Made by a program: the position numbers and the translations under genes. Of a stretch of 64,000 nucleotides of DNA, positions 11,208 through 23,403 are shown one piece after another; within the stretch, counting starts at the first letter, position 1; every line of letters starts with the position of its first letter. Under the pieces are notes generated by a model. The model made no database searches, had not been told where the DNA came from, and worked only from the letters and a program-made list of their open reading frames with translations. The DNA is from Lingula anatina (taxonomy: Eukaryota > Animalia > Brachiopoda): positions 29,952,401 through 30,016,400 of the forward strand of contig CM120641.1 in assembly GCA_051362555.1 (NCBI GenBank), given 5' to 3'.

Positions 11208-14200
11208 CTGCTGGGCCAGACATAGCGGTGCGCATGGCAGCAAGTGGTCACAAGTACCTCAAGACAGTATGAGCAAAATATGTCCTTCTCTCTCTCTCGT
11301 TCTCTCTCCTGCCATCCAATCATTGATCTCCTTCGTCTTTCTATCTATCCAAATAACTGGTACAGCATTTAGAAGAGACCTTTCTTGCTGTCCTGTATCA
11401 TGCCCAGTGGAAGAACTGTTTACTACAGTGTCTCTCTCAGCAGATGCCAATGGATTAGGGGTTTCTGTTTGTAAACGAAATCAGATGCTTTAATTACTTG
11501 CTTAATAGGCAGTCAATCAGAACTATCTTCACTTATAGTTTTAATCTCTGCTTAGCGTATCCCAATACCTAGTACTGTAGGCTCAAATAGCCAAGTAACC
11601 CTGGGAAAATTCTTGGTTGTGATAAGGAGGCTTGTCTTACTTCCAGGGGATGAAGATTAATTATATGGTTTGTTTTCACTGTTGGCAGGCTGTTTGATAT
11701 AATCCAGATTATGATTAAGTGTAACAGGTACTGCACAAAGTGTTGAAAACTGCCTGAAAGGCTAGTTCTCTGTCTCTTGTATAGGTTAATTTCTGTGGTG
11801 TTGGCATGGTGCAGAGATCAGAAATTTAGAACAACAAGGGGGGGGTGCTGTCTGAAGTGCACCTGCATTCTGTGCTTTACCTAGAATCTTTCTCCAACTG
11901 TTGCCTAGGGGTGTGCCATCTTTCACTGGCAGTAGTATCAACACACCCCATCAGCTGCTCTAGAAATTAGTTTAGTATTAACTCTTTGATCTTTATCAGC
12001 ATGAAGAAAACTGCTTAGATTCTTACCAGGTGGTAGGGAATATGGCAGAGTGGTTTAGAAGGGAGCAAGTATCCTGGAAACTGGCTGGAAACTATGTACA
12101 GTTTCTGTTCACTGTCATTAGGTACACGCATGGAACAAAAAAGAAAGTGCTTTCTGATTTTTAAACTGTCAGCATAAATTTGGAATACCTTTTCACAGGG
12201 CCCTCTTCACAGACCTCAGCAAGATTTCTTAGATGTTAAATTGTTGTTCTTTACATGAAATTCATGCTTACAATATTGACTTATTAAGATATCTGTCATA
12301 TATATTTTAACTTACTTTTTAATACTCAGGCACGTGTTTTAAGATGCATTTGAAGTCAAATCTTTGCCATAAAAGCCAACCCAATGCCACCATATAGTTT
12401 AACTAAGAGAAATATTGAAGGATATTGTTTTGTATAACCCAAAAATGATATTTGAATGCTTACTTTCTGTGCTACTTATAACAGGGGCAGATAAGCAGGT
12501 AAATTTAAGACCAAAAATTTGAAGAAGTATAGTTTTAAAGTGCTTTTATGACTAATTGAGTGATATATTTAGCTTATCCCTAGGTATGTACTATGTAGAC
12601 TTCATTTGAGTCATATAAGAAACTAGTAGAAGTGGTTTATATGCATTTCTGAGAAACCACACTCACTTTATATGTTACTGTAAGTACAGCATTATGAAAG
12701 GGACATTACTAAAACTAGCTGTTGAGTTCTTTATGCCCCTTCTAAAATTTTATTGTTTATAATCATTTGATAAAGGCTTTTTGATTATTGTCTTGACATG
12801 CATTGATTGAAAGCAGTTGCAAATTTTATCATGAAAATATGGTTTTAAAAATATCACAATTAGGCTACTATCACAACAGGCTGTTGTGGATATGTAATGG
12901 AATAAATAAATACATAAATAGATTTTCATCTTTTGCAAAAACTCTTGCAGGTCCCCCTATTTATTAGAAAGAAAGAAAAGAAAAATAATCTATTCTTAAT
13001 TGAAGAAATTGTGGTTTCATCTTTGATCTCAGAATTACTTCAATGTTTGCTTCTTACACTGTTTCCGATGTCAGAGCCAATAACTTAGTTGTAAAGACAC
13101 TAAACGGGAACAGATCCTTGCTCTTTGTCATGTGTTCCTGACAGAACACCATGGGATGTTGAAAACAACATGCCAACTTAATGCCATATATTTCACTTGG
13201 TCTCTTGTGTGATATAAAATATACTTTCTGAGAACATAATAACAACAGTTGGTAAAGCCTGTCTTGTTAGATCATGATCCCTTTCACATGCCAACCGCAT
13301 GTATGGCACTGATATTTTACCTAAAGTTGTTGTATATTAAAATTTGTGCTGAAGCTTGTTAATTAAAGTTTTCGCTGTATCTGTTTTGGAGAGCTTTGGA
13401 GGATCATGAAGCCTAGAATATTCAGAATATTTTCTTACCAGAAACTTATTAAATATTGTTCAATGGTGATTGTTTCCATCTTAAACACCTTACACCTAAT
13501 GCTGTTCTACAGTATGTGGGCTCCCCATTGTACTGATCTAGTGTAAGTAGAATATCAAGAATCTCTTAAACTGCATTTCTCATGTTGAAGTATTTTCTGT
13601 CACATAGTCACATTTTCCAAAATCTGTTTTTATTCACTGAAACTAATATGTTGCAACCATAGAAACTGCACTATTTTTTACTTAAAGCAGGATTTAAACA
13701 ACTTTGCAAATGAAGTTCAAATCTGGAAATGCCAGAGGTTGTCATGATTAGCAGGTAAAACCTTCAGCAGGTGCTGACACCTGCAGGCAACAAGTTCCCT
13801 CCTCTGGTTTAATGAATCCTGTATTTGCTGAAGATACTGTGTAGTTTTGTAGGGGGCTTGATGATAGTGGGTTGACATTGAGCGAATATCCATGATAAGA
13901 ACTGCGGAATAAACAGTTCATTGTTCACTAATGATTAACCAGAAAGTGGTGTGATACAGGACCAAGTCCAGGGTTATTGCATTATCTTGCACGGAGTTGG
14001 AGCTATGCCACAAATATCTATTGTTATTTGATTACTGGTATAGTAATGACATGGTAAACAGTCTGTAAGACCCAGACAGTCTATTGTAGTCTCCCAGTAT
14101 GAACAGTGGGATTTTTATTAATGCACCAAAGTGCTCAAGTGCATTTCCAAGGTGGAAGGCCCAATATTTACATGTTTGTTATGCACTCTGGCTTTTAAGT

Positions 14201-17200
14201 CTGTAGTATCATCGTTGGCATCCTTCCCATGTTCACTGTGGCTTTTACCAAATTTAATCAGACTGCAGATTTATCTTGGTAAATATGTAAATATGTTCTC
14301 TAATCCTATTTATTAATTTGGAACATGGATTCAGTTCCAGTGCACTATTTCTGATAAAGTCCTGATTGGTGTAGTGTTTTATCCCTTAGCTTGAACGTGT
14401 TTACTCAATGCATTGGTCATCAGTAGTGATGGGACGTGATTGCTGCGGTGGTTGGGACCCAGGTGACCGTGTTGTGGCAGTGGGGGGACCTGAATTCATA
14501 TTTGTTTTGAGTCTGACTGTACTGTCCCAGGTCTGAGTACAGGAAAGTGTACACTATGAGATACACAATAATGTAAACAATAATTCAAAACAACATTTTT
14601 GAAAATAATTAAAAAATTCCAATCCATAATTGTTTGTTTGTAGTTTCTGTGTAGTATATTTGTTAACTGACAACCTTTCTTCAACCATCCTATGATTATC
14701 AGTGACATCAGGCATTACTCAGTTTGATCTTGAAACAAGTTTGTTATCAGTGAAGTGTTTCTGTTGCTGACTAGTGAGACCTCCTGCTGGCCCTGCTGTT
14801 AGTGTCAGCTATTGTGTGTGGGTGTTTTCTTTTGTTGTCAGTGTCACAGTTATGCACTGACACACACAACTTGACACAGAAACGTTCTTAAAAATCTCTT
14901 TATTTCATTCAATTCATAGATAAAATACTTGGTTAAATAGGTTGCAGGTGGTTAATTGAAAATTCCCCGTATTCTGCTTGTCATTTTTCCGCTTGGCTGT
15001 GGTTTACCTCGGTGCCTCTGTGTAACATTACCATGTCTTGAAGCTGCCTGCACCAGTGAGGCATCCCACTGCTGTGTGCTGTGTCAGAGATGAACTATGT
15101 GCTGCTGCCACTGCGTAGGCTGTAACAACTTAGGCCGGCTGTTGGAAACCTGCCCATTTTGCTGAGAGGAAGCAAGTATGGGATGTTTCTTACATCACCG
15201 TGGCCTACATCACCTGACAAGCAGAGTCACACTAGGATGGACATTATCAAAAGTGTGACGTATCAGTGTGCTACTTCTTAGTCAGGTTTGGTGATAAAAC
15301 TGTGATGGTGATATTGCAATGCAGATGTATTTATGATGAATATCCCATTTCCACCTCAAGGGGTTAGCTACATTATTCAAGTGATGCTATTCTCTTAGTC
15401 TCCGGGATGAAATAACCTTGAGATAAGAGACTGCATGGTACAGAACTTATGACATGGGCACAAGGATGTGGAGTTTACACTCCTGTTGATTACCTATGTC
15501 ATAATTGATTTAAGTCTCAGTGTGTGGAATACTTTGAATTGCTGCCCTGCCAGAGATGTTTATTAGTTACGTGATGAGGGGCAGGTCCCACTAGATTAAA
15601 ACAGCAGTTGTTTTCTTACTTCATTTTTTGTCAGGCAACTGAGTCATAAATGAAGAAAATCTGTTTGGCATTGTCAATATCAAGTGGAATGATGACAGTG
15701 TTGTGTTGGGTTCTAAGGAAGTTTGTCCCATTTATCATTGCCAAGTAGGCTTCTTATCATTTGATATACCTGAAATACAATGGCACGGACAATACACACA
15801 TTTTTTCTGGTTATTTCATTTATCTATTCTTGTAATTTTAGTAGGTTGCTTTCTTGCTGGGGAAGAGAAATGTGGTTCTGATGATAGAAAACTGGTTTCA
15901 AATCACTGGAAGTCTTTATGAATAATAATGGTGCATATTTTTATCTTAATGACATTGTTTATTATAATTTTTTTATAAAAAAAAAAGAATGAAGAGCTTC
16001 ACATGGAAACTGTTGGTCAGTAGCATGTAATCCTCCTCCCTTACAATCCCAGCAACCCTACATTGTAGTGGTTACACAAAAAATATTTATATTTGCTGAT
16101 GTCTTTAAAATAATTAGTCAATATTTTAAACAGCAACTTACTTGTTCAAACATCATAGGTTGTGATTGACATTGAGTAACCGCTGAAGAAGGGTGTTTGT
16201 TTTATTATTATAAGGACACTTTGATTCATTCAAATCCACCATTTGTGTGTCATTTGATACTGATTACGGAACCAGTGACAGTAGTCCTGGAGCTATTGGC
16301 TTAACCACAAAATACTCCAGTTGATTGAAAACAAGGTTGGCTCAGGATAGGTAATTGTTCCCTTCCTCAGCTGTTATCAGGTTTAAAGAAACCTATTTCT
16401 AAAGCAGGCAGACACCAATACCTTCAACACAGTAGCGTCATTTTGCCAAACCATGTAGCAGAACAACTGATACAACTCTTTTTATCAACTCTTTGTAATA
16501 TGAGGAGCTGATTGTGGGGGGAACTGAGTGTGGTTGAGTGGTATTTGTAAAGCTATATAATTTGTGGTTAGCATTTTTTTCATATTGAATAGCCAACCTT
16601 GGATAAGTTAGCATATTGTGAGCCATAGCCTTTTTTGAGACCACAAAATACTGGCTATTTAACAAATGACCTACATAACAAACTGCCACCTCCTCCTAGC
16701 ATGAATGAGCACACACACTCCTGAATTCACTCTCATAATAAGTGCAAAAAGGATTAATTGCTGATAATGAGATAATTAAGGTATTGATTAGCCTTGCCCA
16801 TTTAATTTACATCTTTCCTCTATACATGATTGTACAGTTTAACTCCCTTATTTCTGAATGCATATACCTGTAGCTAATTAAGTATATGCTGTGTTTGGGT
16901 TTTATCTGGTAGATCTGTTCTCTGTTATTATTATCTTAATGAGTTGACACCCTGCCAGATCAGTGATAACAAAATGTTTCATACCCATTCTGCTGGAAAA
17001 GTCGATGAAAACCAGCAGGTTTTACTACCTGGTCGGGCTTTTCTTAGGTGTTTGTTCAAGAAAATGAAGCATGATTGCCTTCCCTTAAATTGAAGGCACA
17101 CTATGAGCATTAGGCCTTTATATAACAAAAAGTATGACTTTTTTCTGGGAGATTTCAATTCTTTTTTCAGCAAGGTATACCATATCCCATTATAATCTAT

Positions 17201-18795
17201 AAAATCATTAAAGTTCTAAAGTTTGTAGTTTTTTAAGTCATTCTTGCAATGGATAAACAACAGAAATTTAGAAATGGGTTTATAGATAGTAACTTTCATA
17301 GTGGTTCTAGTGATAAAGGGGAAATTTCTGAAATTTTCAAGAAAAAAAAATTTGACAAGGTACCAGATATTTCCTGTGTTAGACATGCATGAAAACAGAA
17401 AGTTTACCTGTATTTTTTCAGTTAAACATGCTGTGTGTGTACAGGCAAGCGAATCAAATTTTTAAACAAGAAATTTGAATTTGAAATATCTGGATTTTTT
17501 CAGATGGTTGTATGCATAACACATAAGTCTCTCAAAGATAACTAAGAAAATGTGAAAAGCTGATACTCAGCCACTAGACAACAAGTTAAACTGGGAGAGG
17601 TTGGTGATCATACTTATGAACTAACAATATCTATGATCTAGAGGGTGTCTGCTATATTTTTCTGTGCTGCATCCTTTCTACGACCACTGCAATCATGAAT
17701 TTTTTAAACTCTCACACTGACTGTCTTTCTCCGTTTTTATCACATATTTGCAACTGTATGTAGAATTTCTTTTGGTATTTATTCCTGCCATTGGTCACAG
17801 GGCCCCAGTTACCCTGGGGGGGGGGGGGGGGGGTTGCAAGGTCTGCGGGGTTTGAGTGAGAAGACTCCCATGCAGTCTTTCTGGGGCTCCATCCATCTCT
17901 CTCCATAGGTTGCCTAGGGTTTTGTGTGTGCATGAAACAGGCCCAGCTCTATATTTCGAAGGTCCACAGTTCTTATAAATGCCATTAATGTTTTAAGATA
18001 GAACAGATTTTTTCTGACCTCTGAAACCTGGGGTTTGCTATTCTGAAGGCTAAGGGTTCGCTATTCCATGCAGTAGTGTAGATTTAGTAGGAAGCCTGAT
18101 TAAGTCTGTACTTAAAAAATGTTCAAGTTGTCTTTTGGGACTGAAATTTTACCCGCAGCAACAAACAACAACAAGGCAATTTGAGAAGGTAATACTCTTT
18201 AACACAGTTTTTGTCAAATTATAATAAATGTATAGACTTAATTTCACGATGATTTGAATTTAACATTCATCCGTCAACGAAGAAGTGAACAACAAATTCT
18301 AATTTTATATTTTTTATATTCAACTCAGGTTCTTCAAGCCTCTTTTGGGATGTATTTTGGAAAAGCAGACCTTTGGCATATATATATAGCTACACTTCCT
18401 ATCGAACTGATTCACACTCAAAAACTTCAAAGAGAAGTTCTAAATTCATGCTCCAATCAGTCGCAGACCCAGTGTAGTTTGTCAGTTTGTCTTAAAATTT
18501 TATGTTGAACCACCTCCTACTTTTTTGCTACTGATGGCTATATTGTTTTCTTTTCACTTGTAACCATCAAATCATTTGATGTCTGAAAACGAACAATTCA
18601 AGGTGACATTTAGTGAGAGAGAAATTGACTAAAACGAATTGACTTTTAAATACTCCAGCAGTTTCTCGTCCATAAATGTCTTCTTGGAGGAGCCCCTGGA
18701 AGTATCTGTCTCTCTGTCTTACACTGCTGTTCATTTTACTTTTTTAGTTTTGGAAGCTTACATTTGGGTACCCCGAGTTTCATAGTATTGATGAC

Positions 18796-18797
<2 letters not shown>

Positions 18798-18845
<48 letters not shown>
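18798..18845. repeat. (CT)n microsatellite
   Basis: About 24 CT units. Confidence 0.95.
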
Positions 18846-18848
<3 letters not shown>

Positions 18849-20989
18849 TGCTAATGATGGTATAGGTTTGCTTACAAAATATCTTAGTGCTCTCAATAGA
18901 TTGTGGAACCTGGGGTAACTACACGGACATCTGAGCACATTAACCACTGTGCAGTATGAAAGATGGATGGAGCCTCAGGTCCACAGTCGTCATTTGTATT
19001 GTGTTTACTGACAAGGTATAATTTGTGTCCAACAAGTGGATGGATTCCATGGCACACCTGGCAATCCTCAAACACAGATCTTCTCATCTGAGCAAAATAA
19101 ACAGAGTCAACTGTAGAAAACATGAGTATTTAAAAGGCTTGTTTTGTGGTGTTCTCTCACTGGATGATTGGATATTGCTGAAATTGCTGTAGTATTCTTA
19201 TCTTTTACCTAGAAAAAAAATATAATATTTACTGTATTTAACATATCTGCTAGAGACATAACCATACGTGGCCATTTCTATTTACTCAAAGTGACATATG
19301 AAGCAAGCTTAGATTCCCTGTTATGCATATAAACCATTTCAGCTAGTTTTTTATATGAGCCAAATAATATTGATATGCCAAAAGATAAATTCAGTCAGCC
19401 AAAAAATAGCTGTAAAACTGCACCTTCTTCAAATTCCTGGTTGGAAACTACATATTTATCTGTCTCTTCAGTTTATAAAGTCGGTCAAATGATGTTGATG
19501 TTGTAATTATGTATGATGCATAATTGCTACACATGCAACAGCATAAAAATATTTAAGTGAGTGGCGTAAACAACATAGGGTTATGTATAGCACAGAAAAA
19601 AAAAGAAAATTTTGTTTAAATATTGTTTTTGGGGAAGTAAAAAGCATGCCTTTGGGCTATTTTAAAGTTATGTTATTTAAAACTTAAGGATGAAATATGG
19701 TTGGCTAAAGTAGGAAAGATTTGACTTGGTGTGTAACTTGTAAATGTAACAACATTAGCTGAAAAAATGTCATAATATGTTCATGAAATTTTAGCTTTGA
19801 AAAGATTTTGCATGACAAAACGGGGCTGATTTAGCTACATTATTCAATTGTTTGAAAACTTCTTGGAGAATAAGGGCTTGGTCCAAGTAGCTGTCTTCAT
19901 GTCTCACTGCTTCAGAGTCCAGTATTAATTCCAGTAGTCATGCAAGTACTGTACATGAACAGTTCAGGAGAAATACATTGACCTTGTGTTACATTGTAGA
20001 CTTATATTCCATTCATTGCCATGTAAGGTTTTCTAGTCACCTCTGAATGACACTGTTATGATTCCATAGGAAAAATGTCTTTAGTCACATTCATCAGTTC
20101 AAGGTGGGTTAGGAATGTTTCAAGGGTTATAAATGGAGTGTAATGAAGCCAGGCATACTTCTGCCCCCCCCCCTTCACCAGCATGTCCTGGCTGGCCTAA
20201 TTTCCAGTTATGTATTCAAATGTACACTGCATTACAAAACTTAATTTCAAATACATGTGACATTTTTGAAGTAAGAAACTGAATTTATGGGGCTGGTTGC
20301 TTATGTTTAGTAAAATGATGAAATAAGTTATTTTTTTCTCTTTTTTCAATAGCTTCATACCATATACAAATTTATTACTACCCATTTTCATTTAATTATC
20401 ATGTTATTATATAATTTTTGTTATAATTATTTTTATAGTACTAATACATATATAATTTTTAATTTATCTGTTTTTGATATTTATTTATTTATTTATTTAT
20501 TTATTTATTTGATGAATGCATTTTCATGACATTCTGTATATGTGTTGAAATGTATTTTGAATCAAATTAAATCTGGCACGTTTTCAGGTGCTCTGTTCCA
20601 CAACACTGGTTCTGCACATGGACAGAGGTCAAATTCTTCTGCAAATAGATGGCATCAAGACAGACATTCATTAATAAGCCAGCTATGCACAGGCACTCCT
20701 TCCTTTGGGGGCCAGTGGAACCAGGTACTGCTGCTATAATTAATAGGCGTATAAAGCACATGCTACTGCCGCAATGTAGTTTGTACCAGTGTAGTTTATA
20801 TACATACTTTTATCCACAGCTGTTTTACATAAATTACTCATTCAGTAAATGTGTGTTTACCAACTGTGATCAATAGGAGAAAGCCATTATAGTACTCTCA
20901 CAAAGTCATCAGTGTAATCACATATTGTGATACAGTTTCATGTATTGGAATGTGAACAGGTGCACAGAAGCTGTTACTTGATGAATTTT

Positions 20990-21222
20990 ATTATGTACAG
21001 ACACTGTGTCTGTACATAATCTGATCACTAGCCATTCACACTGGCAATTTTGAAGGCAATTAACATCTGACCACGGCCTTTGGTTAACTTTTCAAATGTG
21101 ACCGAACTATGTACCCAGTCCAAATAAACCCAGATTGGGAATCGAGTTATGTCCCAGTTAACTCGATATAGCTTTGCTTTCTGTTAAGTGTCTGTATATT
21201 GACAAGCTTTGCTGTCTGTTTT
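20990..21222 (+). mobile_element. Minimal complete HINE-like element (~230 bp)
   Basis: Perfect 15-bp-arm hairpin ATTATGTACAGACAC-T-GTGTCTGTACATAAT at the 5' end; 3' GTGTCTGTATATTGACAAGCTTTGCTGTCTGTTTT (subTIR plus hairpin). Confidence 0.75.
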
Positions 21223-21814
21223 ACTGTGCATGTGTCTCAGTTATGGGTAATTAGAAAAATCACTATTTGTCATGCTGGCTATAGCTACAGATGGCATCTA
21301 CAGCAGTCAATGATGAGATTTCCAGCTTTTGTAGAGCATATTTTTGTAGTGGAACCACTTGAAATAGCATGGTTTTCCCAGTGGTCTGGAAAAGGGTACA
21401 CATCCATCTTACACTTCACACATGTGTATGGTTTTTGCTTAAAGTTCTTTTGTAGAGGTACATTGCTGTCTCTCTGATTCATTAATTGTACCCATGCCAT
21501 CTTATGGTTAGTTGTGGTCCTTAACATATATTATCTTTCATTTTTGGCTCATCAGGAGAATTGTCAATTATCAGTCATTAATAGGTTTCTCTCTGTTTTT
21601 TTTTTTTTTTTTTAATAGTTTTTATGTGAACATATCTCCCCAGAAATTATTCTGTATAAATTATATTTTTTTTTTTACTCAATAAATCAAGCTAAGCTTT
21701 TCAAAGAGCGGAATGTCATATATATTGGGGCTCTGTATAAAGTTATGTATAATGTAAACATTTTATGAAATTTCCAACTTAGACCTGAACAACATTATAA
21801 AACATTTCAGTTAA

Positions 21815-21959
21815 AGGTACATATGAACTGAGCATCAGTGGAGCATGGATTCCTAGTAACACATGTAAACCACTTCTACTAGTTTCTTATTTCTTACTAG
21901 TTTTTTTATGCTGGCATTTGGTCGGTTTTTGTGACAAAAAATTGGCTTTGTATGCATCT
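21815..21959. mobile_element. Kolobok-like MITE, internally deleted copy, TTAA TSD
   Basis: TTAA|AGGTACATATGAA...TTTGTATGCATCT|TTAA; both ends match 48252-48625. Confidence 0.8.
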
Positions 21960-23178
21960 TTAAAAGAATGGATTTGGATTAGAAATAACCTTGAACAAAT
22001 TTCATTTTGCTAAACAATCACACATCATAAACTGTTTTTTTTTTTTTTTTTTTTTGTAAAAGGAACCTTTTTCCTAGTATTGGTTTTCTGAGTGCATAAA
22101 AGTTGTTTTTTCTTTCAAGGAATCCTGGTCGGTCAACTTAGCATCCTGCTGAGCGAGTGACTCCTTCTAGTGCATTACAACCATTACCCAGTGCTAATGT
22201 CGACATGGAATTTGATAATGAACTAGATGGAGAGATTAAAGGTAATTTTGCTGTTGTTGAATTTTTAAGTGGTACACTGTAAAAAGAGACCATTTGAGGA
22301 TGTGTGAACCTGTTTGATTATGAAAGAAAATGCATATGTAAGTGGCTAGAAAGCATCAGATTTTAATGAGGAGAAGAAACCAATGTGTTTATTTTGTTTT
22401 GATTTTTTTTATGTTGACATAAATGAGTGAATTAAATGACAGCTTATGAATGGAAAATAGATTTTAATCATTCATCTATTGTGTGCCAGCATCATCATGC
22501 GTGGAGAGTGATAGTAAATGTAAATGTAGTTGTTTTGCTTAACTTCGTTTGTTTATTTTGTATAGAAGGTGACAGAGAGCCCAAATCCCCCTAGCTTATG
22601 GCAAGTGCTGTATTTCCATGGACAAAATGGGCCGGACAAAATGGATGTGAAAGAATCATGCTTTGATTTTGACAGAATTCTTTAAAAACAAACTGTAAGT
22701 CATTGTTGAGGTTAACATTTCTTTATTGTTATGCATATAATGTTAACCATACTGTTCCAGATGAGAGAACTATGTATGCTATATTTATAGAACAGCACAC
22801 TTGTCTTAGCATACTGCCTCTGGCATTTGGAGGCCCTGATACCAAGGCACTCACAAAAAAGAAATGTTTGTATTTTTATGGGACCATAAATTTCTGTTTT
22901 ATTATTTTTGTACAGTGATCTTCATTTATGAATAAAAAAAGCAATGAAAAATATTCAGATTGATATCTTGTAGTTTTTTAACACAGCAAAGAATTAAATC
23001 GTTTGGGGAATATTCGAAATGGGAGCAATAATGTGAGGCTGAAATTTAAAACATTTTGTTTTTTGATATCCTACTTATGTGCAAAATTTGAGGGCTTTAG
23101 CTGTCATAGTTTGTCTACAATGCCTATCCAAATATGAAAATAAGCCTTTTTCGTCAGTTTCTTAAGGGATGAGTCTAA

Positions 23179-23403
23179 GACCCCACTTCCATAGATTTTA
23201 GATCGATCTATCCCTGTGGGGAATCTCACTAGATTACTGTCAGCTTAAACGGCTTAAGCGTCTGTCCCGCCTACTGAAAGCTGTAAGGGGGTAATTAACT
23301 ATGATGGGCACTCGGCTGACTGCAATTTAGCTTGAACCCCCAGGGAGTTAGGTCGATCTAAATCTTAATCTCTGGATTGATCTAAATCTCTGGGAATACA
23401 CCC
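23179..23403. mobile_element. Harbinger-like MITE (225 bp), copy 2, TAA TSD
   Basis: TAA|GACCCCACTTCCATAGA...TCTCTGGGAATACACCC|TAA; homologous to 10982-11207. Confidence 0.85.

Noticed and set aside
17816-17833. G18 run (also C17 at 45894) as a functional G-quadruplex
   Set aside because: Simple homopolymers that recur in this window, with no contextual support.
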